This document shows, piece by piece, positions 44,745 through 54,551 of a DNA stretch of 64,000 nt. The notes beneath the pieces are model-generated. The model was not told where the DNA came from. It saw only the letters and a program-made list of their open reading frames with translations, and ran no database searches. How positions within the stretch are numbered: position 1 is the first letter of the stretch; the number at the start of each line of letters is the position of its first letter. Source of the DNA: Phycisphaerae bacterium (GTDB lineage Bacteria > Planctomycetota > Phycisphaerae > UBA1845); assembly GCA_963666835.2 (NCBI GenBank), contig CAXXGO010000006.1:1952001-2016000 (forward strand), read 5' to 3'. The position numbers and the translations under genes were made by a program.

Positions 44745-47700
44745 TCAAGGCGCCGGCAATACCACGATCCGCAGACCGACATCGTCGAAGGGGCGGGCGG
44801 GGTCGCGGGGGGAGGGGCGGGTGTGGTCGTTGGTGGCGGAGCTGCGGAAGGAGTCGCCTACGGACTGCAGCCGGCCGCCTGCGGTAGGGGAGACCCACTC
44901 GCTGACGTTGCCCAGCAGGTCATACACGAGCCAGCCGCCGGGTCGATATGACCCGACCGGGGCATACGCTCCGAAGCCGTCGGTGTGCCCGGGGGCTACG
45001 ATAAGGAACGATTCGTCGGACTCGAAGTTCGCCCGCTGCGGATCGAGTCGGCCCGTCCCGTCCGGTGTGTATGTCAGGAACCGTGGGTCAAGGTCACCAT
45101 CCCGGCGACCGCCGTTAAGGGCGCAAACCCACTCGGTCAACGTGGGAGGCCGGGCAATGACCGCATCGCCCAGCCGCTCGGTGAGTCGCCCGCAGAACGC
45201 GTGTACTTCGCCCGCGGCAATGAACGCCGCTGGGTTGGCATCCAGCGCCCGCATCTTATCGAAGAACTCGCCGCCGGAGTGGGGCGGCGGCCCACCCATC
45301 ACGGCCGTGTACTGGCCAACGGTCAGTTCGGTCCGGCTCATCCATACCGGGTCCAAAACTCCGGCTTCGGGGTCTGCGGGTATGAAAGTAAGGTCGAGCG
45401 TTGCTGCCTCTTCGCCGTTATCCGCCGGAATGGGAATAGACATCGTTACCCAATCCAACAGACCCTTGACGGTTGCCCGGTCATCTTCGGCTAGGATAGT
45501 CCAGGGATAGATCCGCTGGTCCAGGGCCGCTTCGACCGGATCGGCTTGCCCGGTAAGTGTCGGATAGTCCAGGTCCAACTCATCGAGCATCCGCCGGGCA
45601 GCACCCGTCCTATCAACTTCGGCCAGCCGAGCCCGCGTATCCGATGGGGGACTTCCCGTCTGCAGCCACTCGGTCGCCTGCGCCAGAAGCGGCTCAAGAT
45701 GCGCCCGGCGCGAATCGTCCAACCTCGCCGCGGCCGCATTGACCTTGCTGGTGAAGTGCTCCGCAAGGCCGGCCTCTGCCGCTTCGCGCGTCGTTTGATC
45801 TAAAAAGAACCGGGCCGCCCGCCAATCGCCGTGGGCTGACTTCTGCTCCGCCATTGAATACCGGGCATCGATCCGCGCCAGGCTCTCGCGCGTCTCCCGC
45901 CCCGGGGTCACCTGCACGGTAACGGTATTGACGGCCGCATCCGTTCCATCGCTGACCTCAACCGCAAAGACCAGCGTAGCTCCGTCGATCAGGTCCGGTG
46001 CGGTGAACGTCGCCTTGGCGGTGTCCGCACCGGACAGCGCGACCTCAGGTCCACCCTCTTGCGTCCACACGTACGTCAGTTTGTCGCCGTCGGGGTCGGA
46101 ACTGCCGGTCGCGTCGAGCGTTACCTCGCTCTTCCCCTCGACGGCTTGATCGTCGCCCGCCTGCGCAAGCGGCGGTTGGTTAGGGGCGGCTACGGGGCGA
46201 ACCGTAATCACTACCGTGTCGGTCGCAGAGGTTTGCCCGTCCGAAACCTCCAAGCTGAAAGACAGCTTGCTCAGCTCGGCCACATCGGGAGCGATGAACG
46301 TCGGCTCGGCGGTGCGGTGATCGGACAACGTCACTTCCGCGCCGCCAATGTGCGTCCACGAGTACGTTAAGGCGTCGCCGTCGGGGTCGCTGCTGTCCGC
46401 GGCGCTTAGCTTAACCTCCGTAAGCTCGTCAACCGCCTGATCCGGACCCGCCTTGGCGATGGGGCTCCGATTGACCGGCACTTCCGGGCGAACGGTCACG
46501 GTCATCGAATCCGCCGCGCCGACGGTTCCGTCGGAGATTGCTACGCGGAACGTCAGCACGGTCACTTCAGATACGTCCGGGGCGGTAAACGTTGCCAAGG
46601 CCGTCTCGGGGTCGGTGAGCGCCACTTCCGGCCCGCTCATCTGGTCCCAAGAGTAGGTTATATCATCGCCGTCCGGATCGCGGCTGCCTTCGGCGTCCAA
46701 CGTAACCCTCGCGCCCTCGGTGACGGTCTGATCCTGACCGGCATAAGCGATCGGCTCGGTGTTATGCGGCCAGGTTGCCCACACGACGATCGCCGCGGCC
46801 ACCGCGACCACAGACCCCGCCAGAGCCATTGCGTTCCTTTGCCTGCCGGCTCCGGCCCGCACCGCGGCCACCAGAGCGTCATCGTCCTGACCCTCATGTC
46901 TCGGCCTATCGTCCGATTCGCCGAGAGCTTCGGCCAGGGCATCATCCCACCGGCTCGGGCGGACGAACGAGAACCTCTCCAGATCCCACACGCAGTCCAA
47001 CTCCAGAGGATCTTGCCCCCGTACGGCCAGACGGAACCGAATCTCCTCGACGGGCTCGTCGATCCGTTTGGGGAGCACGGTGAGCTTGGCCTTTGCGCGG
47101 GTTTGCTTGGCTCGGACCTGGATCTCGGACTTCAGCGCCGCCCAATAGCCCCGTTGAGCTTCCAGGATGATCTTGCGGAGTTTCTTGGCTGCAGAACTCA
47201 GGTCTACGTTCCAAGTCGCCTGTCCGACCTGTGCACAAGTTACCGGGAACTTCTGAAGGGTCTGCGAACTCACCGGCCCGCCGGCGCGGATCGCCACCCG
47301 TCCTTCCAGTCTCAGCTCTTGCGGCAGAGTATCGGTGTCCGGCGCGGGCGGCAGATCGGCCACGACCAGAAGGACGGGGCGATACTCCTTCAACTCGTCT
47401 GCTCCGGCGAGCAGTCTCTGCTCCAGTTCCTTGCCGACTGCGGTCGCAGCAATCTGCAGAGCTTGTCTGACGAACTCGGCCGGATCACTGTAGGCCCAGC
47501 CTAACTCGGCGGCGTTCCAGGTGATCTCCGTTTCAACGAAGCCGGCGGAAGACTGCGTACCCAATAGCCTGGCCGTTGCCGGCAGAGTGACGACCGGCTC
47601 GCCGGGTACCACGGCCAAGTCGGCTTGCGGGAACAGTCCGGCGCGCAGGCAGTCTCCTAATGCCGTAACGCCGGCTCTTTGCATGCCCGTAAGCCAATCG

Positions 47701-50225
47701 TTCAACTCGTTGCGAAGCTGACCGCGCAGAGCGCCGTCTTCGTCGAGGATCCGTCGAGACTCGCCGTCAACTCGAAAATGGAAGCCTATTGCCGCTTCGG
47801 CCGGCGCCTTTTCCGGCGTTTGTTCGAGTGCCCGTTCAGGTCGCGGACATACCGTGACGCGCCATTCATCGGTTCCGCGATCCGCATTCGTTTCCTCGGT
47901 GTCCAACTGCACTTCGAGCGCGTCCGGATGGATCAGCGCCGGGAACTGCTTCGCCAACACCTCACGCACGAAACCGCGGGCAAGGGTCTCGACGGCCTCG
48001 CGTTTTAATCGCAGGTGATCGCGCGACTTCTCTTCGATCTTGGCTAACCCAAGCTGTCGGAGCTTCGTAGCGCGGTCCTGAATCTCGCCCGGGATGGTTT
48101 CTATCTGCGGGGGCTCGTCGAGGATTCGCACGGCCTCCTCCCACTGCCCGTTCTTGCCGGCTAAGTCCGCGCGACCCAGCCAAGCGTCAAGTTGGCGCCG
48201 GTCTTCTTCTTCTTGGGCACGCTCACGTTCGGCCGCTGCTATCGACTCCTGCAGTTGCTTCTCGTATTGGGCGGTCTCCTTGAGCAGCTTCGCCGGCAAC
48301 AGTTCGAGGTTCGGCCGTTGCGAGAGCAGCTCCGCACCGCCGCTGACGTCTTCACTTTCTGCGGCCTGGCGAATCTGCAGGCACCATTGCCGGGCGTGTT
48401 TCTCCTCGGTGCGTTTTTGCCTCGCTGCCTCGACGCGTTCGGTGAGCCGGTCGACATCGGCAACGATACCGTCGGGCCAATGCGTCAGCTTCGGCCGGTC
48501 TTCCAGCAATTGCTCGGCTCGCTCCCAGTTCTGGGCGTCGACTGCCAAGCGGAGCTGGTTTGCCCAGAGCTCGGCGGCGGAACGGTCGGTCTCAATCGCC
48601 TTCAGAGTCTCCAGTTCGGCGCGGTGCTCGTCGAGCTTGCGCCGGGCGTCGTCGGCGCGGGCCGCAATATCCTCGGGCCAGTGCCGCAGTTCGGGGCGAT
48701 TGTCGAGTAAGTTCTCCAGCGACTCCCATCTGGCACCGGTCAGCGCCGATTCAGTCTCCTTCATCCACTTCTCGGCAGCGGCTCGGTCAACCTCCATCGC
48801 CGCTTGGGCGGCGGGTAGAGCCTGCTCGAGTCGGTTGGAAACGCTTTGGCTTACCGTTGCCACCCGATTGCGCACCGGCTCCAGAAGGTCCGGTTCCGCT
48901 TGGCAATCGCCAAGTCGATCGAGCAAGGTCTGCATCAGCTCGACGGTTTCGTACGGCGCCGATCCTTCGTCCTGTTCGATTTGCCGCTCAACCTCGTCGA
49001 GCATCCGAGTTGTTGCCAGGCTCGACCTGACGCGCTCGCGCATTCCCCGCGCCCGCGTCGCGAGTTCCGCGGATACTCCGGGCGTACTCAAGACCCGCTC
49101 GACCGGCTCTGCCGCGGTTGGCCAATCTCCCCCCACAAGCGCCTGCTCGGCTTGAGCCAGCAGAGTGCTTGCTTCGGCATGAGCGGCGAGCGTGTTAGCC
49201 CTCTGCAACACGTCGGCCGGAGTGTTCGGATTCTCCGCCAAGCTCCGCGCCGCCTGCGAGACCTTGTCCCAATCTCCCTCCCGGGCCAGAGTCTCAACCG
49301 TTTCGAGCTGACTTCTAAGGTTATCAGCGGTGGCATCGCCGGACACGTGCTCGCTCAACGCCTCAACAACCGCTGAGGCAGAAGGCCGCGCGCGCGGCAA
49401 GCGGGCCAGCGCCTGGGCGATAAGTTCGCACCAGCGCTGCACCCCGGGGTCCTTGGATTCACGCAGGTCCTGGCGCCGGGCACCGTTGTAAGGGAACATG
49501 GCCATCAGCTCGGAGGTCTCCACCATGCGGTGGGCGTCCGGTTCGTCGGGCAGATATGGGTGTTTGTGCTCGGCCAGGAAGTGGAGGACGAACGCCGCGG
49601 AGATCACATCCGAGGCCGGCTCGAACGCGTGCAGGCTCTCGGTCCCGTACTTCTCCGGATCGATGAACGCGCAGATGCGGCCGTCTCGCTCGTATTCGTC
49701 CCGGGAGAGGACTTCCCACATTCCCGTGACTTGCACCTCTCCGGGGCCGGCTTCCACGGGGTTAACGGCCAGGTTCACGTACGCCTCCGTCCCAAACACG
49801 CTGCAGAACGCCGATGCAAAGGCGAAATCGGTGATCTTGGCGGTGCCGTCCGGGGCAAAGAGAAGCACGCGGGGGCATACCGCCCCGTGAACGATGGGCC
49901 GCTGTCCTTCACAGGCATGTGCGACGCGTAGGGCATCGAACATGGCCACCGTAACCCGCAACAGCTCGGATTCACGCATGGCCGGGGCCGATTGGTCGAA
50001 GAGCCCGCCGATCGCCATTGCTTTCGCGGGCTCATGCTCAACGTAGAACCCGCTTCCATCCGGAAGTTGCTGGAGCCCGCCGTGGAATTGGAGGACGTGG
50101 GTGGTTTGGGAGGCGATCTGGTCCTGGCGTTCGACTGCCGCGGTCAGGGCCTCGCCGAGCTTCTCCCAGTCACTATCGCCGGCATCGGCCGGTCGTCGGA
50201 TGACGCGTCGATAGCTTTGAGCCAC
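44745..50225 (-). CDS. Giant membrane protein: degenerate kinase domain, helical repeats, TM, three PKD/Ig-like domains, FGE-sulfatase-like domain
   Basis: HGAVCPRVLL..KITDFAF; three P.A.AG.DQ.V..V.L.A..S.DPDGD.LTY.W units; MSRTELTVGQY, PTLTEW, YDLLGNVSEW, VGLR. GTG start with GAGG RBS. Confidence 0.82.
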   Translation of the reverse strand: MAQSYRRVIRRPADAGDSDWEKLGEALTAAVERQDQIASQTTHVLQFHGGLQQLPDGSGFYVEHEPAKAMAIGGLFDQSAPAMRESELLRVTVAMFDALRVAHACEGQRPIVHGAVCPRVLLFAPDGTAKITDFAFASAFCSVFGTEAYVNLAVNPVEAGPGEVQVTGMWEVLSRDEYERDGRICAFIDPEKYGTESLHAFEPASDVISAAFVLHFLAEHKHPYLPDEPDAHRMVETSELMAMFPYNGARRQDLRESKDPGVQRWCELIAQALARLPRARPSASAVVEALSEHVSGDATADNLRSQLETVETLAREGDWDKVSQAARSLAENPNTPADVLQRANTLAAHAEASTLLAQAEQALVGGDWPTAAEPVERVLSTPGVSAELATRARGMRERVRSSLATTRMLDEVERQIEQDEGSAPYETVELMQTLLDRLGDCQAEPDLLEPVRNRVATVSQSVSNRLEQALPAAQAAMEVDRAAAEKWMKETESALTGARWESLENLLDNRPELRHWPEDIAARADDARRKLDEHRAELETLKAIETDRSAAELWANQLRLAVDAQNWERAEQLLEDRPKLTHWPDGIVADVDRLTERVEAARQKRTEEKHARQWCLQIRQAAESEDVSGGAELLSQRPNLELLPAKLLKETAQYEKQLQESIAAAERERAQEEEDRRQLDAWLGRADLAGKNGQWEEAVRILDEPPQIETIPGEIQDRATKLRQLGLAKIEEKSRDHLRLKREAVETLARGFVREVLAKQFPALIHPDALEVQLDTEETNADRGTDEWRVTVCPRPERALEQTPEKAPAEAAIGFHFRVDGESRRILDEDGALRGQLRNELNDWLTGMQRAGVTALGDCLRAGLFPQADLAVVPGEPVVTLPATARLLGTQSSAGFVETEITWNAAELGWAYSDPAEFVRQALQIAATAVGKELEQRLLAGADELKEYRPVLLVVADLPPAPDTDTLPQELRLEGRVAIRAGGPVSSQTLQKFPVTCAQVGQATWNVDLSSAAKKLRKIILEAQRGYWAALKSEIQVRAKQTRAKAKLTVLPKRIDEPVEEIRFRLAVRGQDPLELDCVWDLERFSFVRPSRWDDALAEALGESDDRPRHEGQDDDALVAAVRAGAGRQRNAMALAGSVVAVAAAIVVWATWPHNTEPIAYAGQDQTVTEGARVTLDAEGSRDPDGDDITYSWDQMSGPEVALTDPETALATFTAPDVSEVTVLTFRVAISDGTVGAADSMTVTVRPEVPVNRSPIAKAGPDQAVDELTEVKLSAADSSDPDGDALTYSWTHIGGAEVTLSDHRTAEPTFIAPDVAELSKLSFSLEVSDGQTSATDTVVITVRPVAAPNQPPLAQAGDDQAVEGKSEVTLDATGSSDPDGDKLTYVWTQEGGPEVALSGADTAKATFTAPDLIDGATLVFAVEVSDGTDAAVNTVTVQVTPGRETRESLARIDARYSMAEQKSAHGDWRAARFFLDQTTREAAEAGLAEHFTSKVNAAAARLDDSRRAHLEPLLAQATEWLQTGSPPSDTRARLAEVDRTGAARRMLDELDLDYPTLTGQADPVEAALDQRIYPWTILAEDDRATVKGLLDWVTMSIPIPADNGEEAATLDLTFIPADPEAGVLDPVWMSRTELTVGQYTAVMGGPPPHSGGEFFDKMRALDANPAAFIAAGEVHAFCGRLTERLGDAVIARPPTLTEWVCALNGGRRDGDLDPRFLTYTPDGTGRLDPQRANFESDESFLIVAPGHTDGFGAYAPVGSYRPGGWLVYDLLGNVSEWVSPTAGGRLQSVGDSFRSSATNDHTRPSPRDPARPFDDVGLRIVVLPAP

Positions 50226-50690
50226 GGTTGGTAGACCTCGTCCTGCCGTTAATGCCAAAGTCCAAGCGCCGCCGGGGACTTCCCTGCCGTCCCGCCCGTC
50301 CGGGCGGCCCGCGACCCGGTCCGATCCCCGGACGCCCCCGTGTCACGTGCCTGATAGGTTAGCAGCATTCCCCGACCCGATCGAGCCGAGGGTGGGGAAT
50401 CGACTCCGAAGCTCTCGTAGGGCACGGTCGAGGCACGAGACCTGCCGCAAAGGTGAGTGTGCCCCATCCTTTGCCCCGGGGTTGTATTGTGATAGGAAGA
50501 AAGCCCCGTCCGCAGATGGAATTACGGTACACGCATCGTTCATCGGGCGAAGGGTGGGGAATCGAATGGAAGGCGAGTCTCTCTCGGGCTTTCATCCATC
50601 CCCCACCCATTCCGGCGCTGAGGGAGCGCGGCTGTTCCAGGCCGGTACCCGCCGGAATGGAGCACCCGCGCCGGTATGAGGCACCCACTA

Positions 50691-51290
50691 CTAACTACGA
50701 TTCTCGAAGACCTGCATGTAGAAGTACTCGCCGACGCGTACGAGCGCTGTCGGGGGCAGGGCGATCTGTTGCTGCAGCTCCTCCGGGGAGAAACGGATGT
50801 CCATCGGCGGACCGAACGGCGTGTTTCGTTTGTCGATTTCGACAATAGCCAACCTGCCACGCGGCTTCAGGATGCGAACGACCTCGCTCCTGAGATTCTC
50901 AATCTGTCCCGGCGGGAAACCGTGGATCACCGTTGCCAGATAGACCAGATCCACCGAATCGTCCGCAAATGGTGTTGTTCCGGTTATATCGCCCGTTAAC
51001 GCGTGGATATTGCTTCCGTCGGTTTCCTTCTGCAACGCCGCTATTGCCGATTCATCGGGGTCGAGTGCATACACCATTCCCGTGTTATTCAACGCCGCCG
51101 AGAAAGCCTTCGACATGTACCCGTTCCCACAACCGGCGTCCAGAATAGTCTGTCCGGGAAGGACCTTCAGCTCCTTCAGGATCACCTCTTTATCAAGGAG
51201 TTCCTCCGACGATCTCCCCTCGTGGTGGTGTTCCCTCGTGGCGCGCTCTCTTGCGATGTGATCCTGTCCCTCGGCAGGCCCGTTACTCAT
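50691..51290 (-). CDS. Class I SAM-dependent methyltransferase
   Basis: ILDAGCGNG, VYALD, DSVDLV, RILKPRGRL, GPP; AAGGAG RBS. Confidence 0.9.
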   Translation of the reverse strand: MSNGPAEGQDHIARERATREHHHEGRSSEELLDKEVILKELKVLPGQTILDAGCGNGYMSKAFSAALNNTGMVYALDPDESAIAALQKETDGSNIHALTGDITGTTPFADDSVDLVYLATVIHGFPPGQIENLRSEVVRILKPRGRLAIVEIDKRNTPFGPPMDIRFSPEELQQQIALPPTALVRVGEYFYMQVFENRS

Positions 51291-51430
51291 CCATCCACTC
51301 CTTGCGTCGGTTATCGTTGAGAGAGGCAGCAGGTGCCTCGCCCAGCGCGTTTCCTGGTTCTCTGAGCGGTGATCACCGATGGTCCGGCCCCCGTTTTCAA
51401 CAGCCGGTTGCTGCGCCCGCTTACCGTCCG

Positions 51431-52153
51431 TCAATCGCGCCGACCGAGCACAATCGAGGCGTAGTACAGCATAGTCATGACGGCCGTGATCGTGGCGGCG
51501 ACGTAGGTCATGGCCGCGGCGTTGAGAACCTTGCCCACGACGCGGTTTTCCTGCGGCGATATCATCCCCTGCTCCAGCAGGATACTTCTGGCGCGTGACG
51601 AGGCGTTGAACTCGACCGGCAGGTTCACCAACTGAAACAACACCACGACCCCGAACAGCCCGAGTCCGATGACCGCAACGGTAGATCCGATGCTTGAACC
51701 CAGGAAGGAGCTCATAATGATCCCGACCACGATCAGGCCTATCGAAAGCTGGCTTCCGATAGACGCCATCGGGACCAGGTTGTTGCGGATCGCCAGGGGG
51801 GCATAGCCGGCGGAGTGTTGGATGGCGTGTCCGACTTCGTGGGCTGCGATGCCCAGCGATGCAAGCGATCGTCCCTGGTAGACCTCAGGGCTGAGTCTAA
51901 GCACCCGGTGACGCGGATCATAATGGTCGCCGAGGAAAGACCGGATCGGCTCGATCGCCACGTCGGCGATGCCGTACGCGTTGAGGATCCGCTGGGCGGT
52001 CTCCGCGCCGCTCAACCCGGATCGCGCGGGGCATCGCCCGGCTTGGGCGTAGGCGGACTTGACCATTCCCTGGGCCAGCATGGCCAGTATGATCGCCGGG
52101 CCAACATAGACGAAATACATCGGGTCAAAGAGATAGAACGCCATCATTTCCAT
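51431..52153 (-). CDS. Membrane zinc metallopeptidase (YugP-like)
   Basis: DHYDP, AAHEVGHAIQH, LPVEFNASSRA, AAAMTYVA; GGAGGT RBS. Confidence 0.93.
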   Translation of the reverse strand: MEMMAFYLFDPMYFVYVGPAIILAMLAQGMVKSAYAQAGRCPARSGLSGAETAQRILNAYGIADVAIEPIRSFLGDHYDPRHRVLRLSPEVYQGRSLASLGIAAHEVGHAIQHSAGYAPLAIRNNLVPMASIGSQLSIGLIVVGIIMSSFLGSSIGSTVAVIGLGLFGVVVLFQLVNLPVEFNASSRARSILLEQGMISPQENRVVGKVLNAAAMTYVAATITAVMTMLYYASIVLGRRD

Positions 52154-52304
52154 CAGTTCACCTCCGTATCCGGTAAGGACGACCGGCTTCGCCGTCGAGT
52201 CCGAAGGGCGCTGCGGTCGGCCCACGAGGTTCTTCGAACTATATGATCGGCAAACGGACTTACGTCGCAACAGGGTGACAGGTTCGGGGATTGCCGGGCA
52301 AGCG

Positions 52305-52353
52305 CAAAAAACGACCGGGCGAGAGGGCGAAATCGCCGCTCTACGCCCGGCCG
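52305..52353 (-). terminator. Intrinsic terminator of the IPTL-CTERM gene
   Basis: Long GC hairpin (CCGGGCG..GGCGA/TCGCC..CGCCCGG) followed by six T on the minus strand. Confidence 0.75.
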
Positions 52354-52403
52354 CATGTCTCAGGTCAGCCGATCAGCCGACCTTGCCTCGCTCAGTCAGA
52401 AGA

Positions 52404-54314
52404 CTAGCAGGTCTCCCGCCGGCCGAAGTAAACCTTACCGGCAACCAGGAGCAACATCGCCAAGATGACCAGACCCCACTCGGAGACGGTCGGGATGGCC
52501 GTGTCGCAGCCCGGGAACAGGTCGTTATCGATGCCCGGGCACAGGTCGATGCAGTCGGCATAGCCGTCACCGTCAGTGTCCAGCTCGTTGTCGAAGCCGG
52601 CCATCGGGCCAACGCCACAGCCGCACTGCCCCGGAACGCTCTTCATCGGATCCAGGACGCACTCGTCATCCGAGTCGCAGAAGCCGTCGAGGTCGCTGTC
52701 GTCGGGGTTATCAAACGGGCACGGGTCAACGCCGTTGCAGACGCCGTCGCCGTCCATATCCTGATCGGCCTCATCGGCCTCGCAGGCATCACCCTCGCCG
52801 TCGCCGTCACAGTCGGCCTGGTCAGCGTTCATGACATCCACGCAGTTGTCGCAGAGGTCGGCAACGCCGTCAGTGTCCGTGTCGGTGCAGTCATTGACGT
52901 CGAGCAGGTTGCTCGGGGTGTACACGCCACCACCCGCGGCACAGTCGGCCTCGGGGATAACGGCACAGGTGAAGTCCGGGAAGCAGCAAGCGCCGACCGG
53001 AGTCGCACAGATCTCGCCAAGGAAGTTGGCGGGACCGCTCGAGAAGCCCCAGGTGTACCACACGCCGAGGTTCGGCTCATAGAACGCAGCATCTTCGCCG
53101 GTGTAACCGATGCGGGCAACGTCCGGGGCCGTGATCGGGCCGCCGAGCAGGTCGGTCGAGCCGATTGCGTACCAGAGAAGCTCCGGAAGCGCCACGGCGC
53201 CGGTCGGGGTGCAGGTGATCTCGCAGAAGCCCGAGTCGGGGCAGTTCTGCGTGCAGTACGTGTCCGCAATCGCAGCGCCGGGCTCGTTGAACATCAAGCA
53301 CAGTTCGCTGCCACCGTGACCGACGCAGTCGCCGTCATTCGCGCACACCGCATAGTCACCATCGCACAGCGTGGCGAAGTTGTACAGCTCGACATTGATG
53401 TCATAGGCAGCCGTGTAGTCCGCCGGGTGCATGTAGAACAGGCCCCAGTAGTCGACCAAGTCACGACCCAGACCGGGCTCCAGGTACCAGTCATCGCCGT
53501 ACTTGTCCGGGTACAGGCCATAGGCGCCCCAGTTGTCGATCGGCATGTAGCCGGTGCCCATCGGGCTCGACCGGTAAACGATGCACGGATCCGGCATGTC
53601 GCAGGTGTCCGTATCGTCATTGCAGACTTCCCAGTACTCACAGGGGTTGGTGCCCGCGACGCACATGAAGTCCACGCAGGTCTCGACACCCGTGCAGAAC
53701 AGACCGTCGTCACAGTCGCCGTCATCGTCGCAGGCCTCCTCCCACGAATACGTTACCGTGTAAGCCCCCGGCGCGCCCGCGTACTGGCCGTCGTCAACGA
53801 CGATCTGGTACACGGTTCCGGCAGTCAGGTAAGCCGTGAGCAGCGACTCATAGGCGCCCACATCACCGCTGTCGTCATCACAGGCGACGAATGCTCCGGG
53901 GCAGGCACCTTCGAGGATCATCAGGCTGGTATCCCAACCGGCCGGAACGGTCGCGGTGTCGAACGTCCACAGACCATCGGCCTCGACGGTGAACTCGAAG
54001 ATCTCGTCCTGGCCGCCGACACCATACCAATAGCACTGGGTCTCGCACTCGGCGTCGGTGCACTCGAACACGTTCGTCATGCCCGTCATATCGCTGGAGA
54101 AGCTGCCGCCCGCTGCGGCCAGCATGCCAAGGTCAGTGGCGGGGCAATCATCCGAGAAGACGGCCGGATCATGCACACCCGGCGCTCCAGGTGCCACGGT
54201 CGACGCCGCACGGGACATATTACCCGCATGACGCTGCGCAGGCTCCAAAGCCTGAACGCTGGCCACAACAACCAAACCGACAACCACGAAAGCTAAAACT
54301 TTTGTAAGTCTCAT
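52404..54314 (-). CDS. Secreted Cys/Asp-rich surface protein with thrombospondin type 3-like repeats and an IPTL-CTERM sorting signal
   Basis: Signal peptide (VQA); DxDxDGxxDxxDxC repeats; C-terminal IPTVSEWGL + TM + GRR; GGAGG/GAGG RBS. Confidence 0.9.
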   Translation of the reverse strand: MRLTKVLAFVVVGLVVVASVQALEPAQRHAGNMSRAASTVAPGAPGVHDPAVFSDDCPATDLGMLAAAGGSFSSDMTGMTNVFECTDAECETQCYWYGVGGQDEIFEFTVEADGLWTFDTATVPAGWDTSLMILEGACPGAFVACDDDSGDVGAYESLLTAYLTAGTVYQIVVDDGQYAGAPGAYTVTYSWEEACDDDGDCDDGLFCTGVETCVDFMCVAGTNPCEYWEVCNDDTDTCDMPDPCIVYRSSPMGTGYMPIDNWGAYGLYPDKYGDDWYLEPGLGRDLVDYWGLFYMHPADYTAAYDINVELYNFATLCDGDYAVCANDGDCVGHGGSELCLMFNEPGAAIADTYCTQNCPDSGFCEITCTPTGAVALPELLWYAIGSTDLLGGPITAPDVARIGYTGEDAAFYEPNLGVWYTWGFSSGPANFLGEICATPVGACCFPDFTCAVIPEADCAAGGGVYTPSNLLDVNDCTDTDTDGVADLCDNCVDVMNADQADCDGDGEGDACEADEADQDMDGDGVCNGVDPCPFDNPDDSDLDGFCDSDDECVLDPMKSVPGQCGCGVGPMAGFDNELDTDGDGYADCIDLCPGIDNDLFPGCDTAIPTVSEWGLVILAMLLLVAGKVYFGRRETC

Positions 54315-54551
54315 CCTCAACACACCTCCAAGTAAGTGTTGGTAATGCGAAGGCAAATGTGCCTCCCTCTCATCCGGGGTCGGTCCTGAACAACATTATT
54401 ACCAGCCTCTACTCTGACGCCGGTACAGCGGCACAACGCTCGAGCAGGGGGGGAACCCCGCTTTGTTGTTCGAGCTTGTCCGCACCAGGACCGAAGAAAC
54501 TCCTCTCCAAATACAAGTGAAAAACCGACATTCACTCGCATCGCGGGTTTG

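Noticed and set aside
52275..54296. 673-aa plus-strand ORF
   Set aside because: Antisense shadow of the IPTL-CTERM gene caused by GC codon bias. No recognisable motifs.
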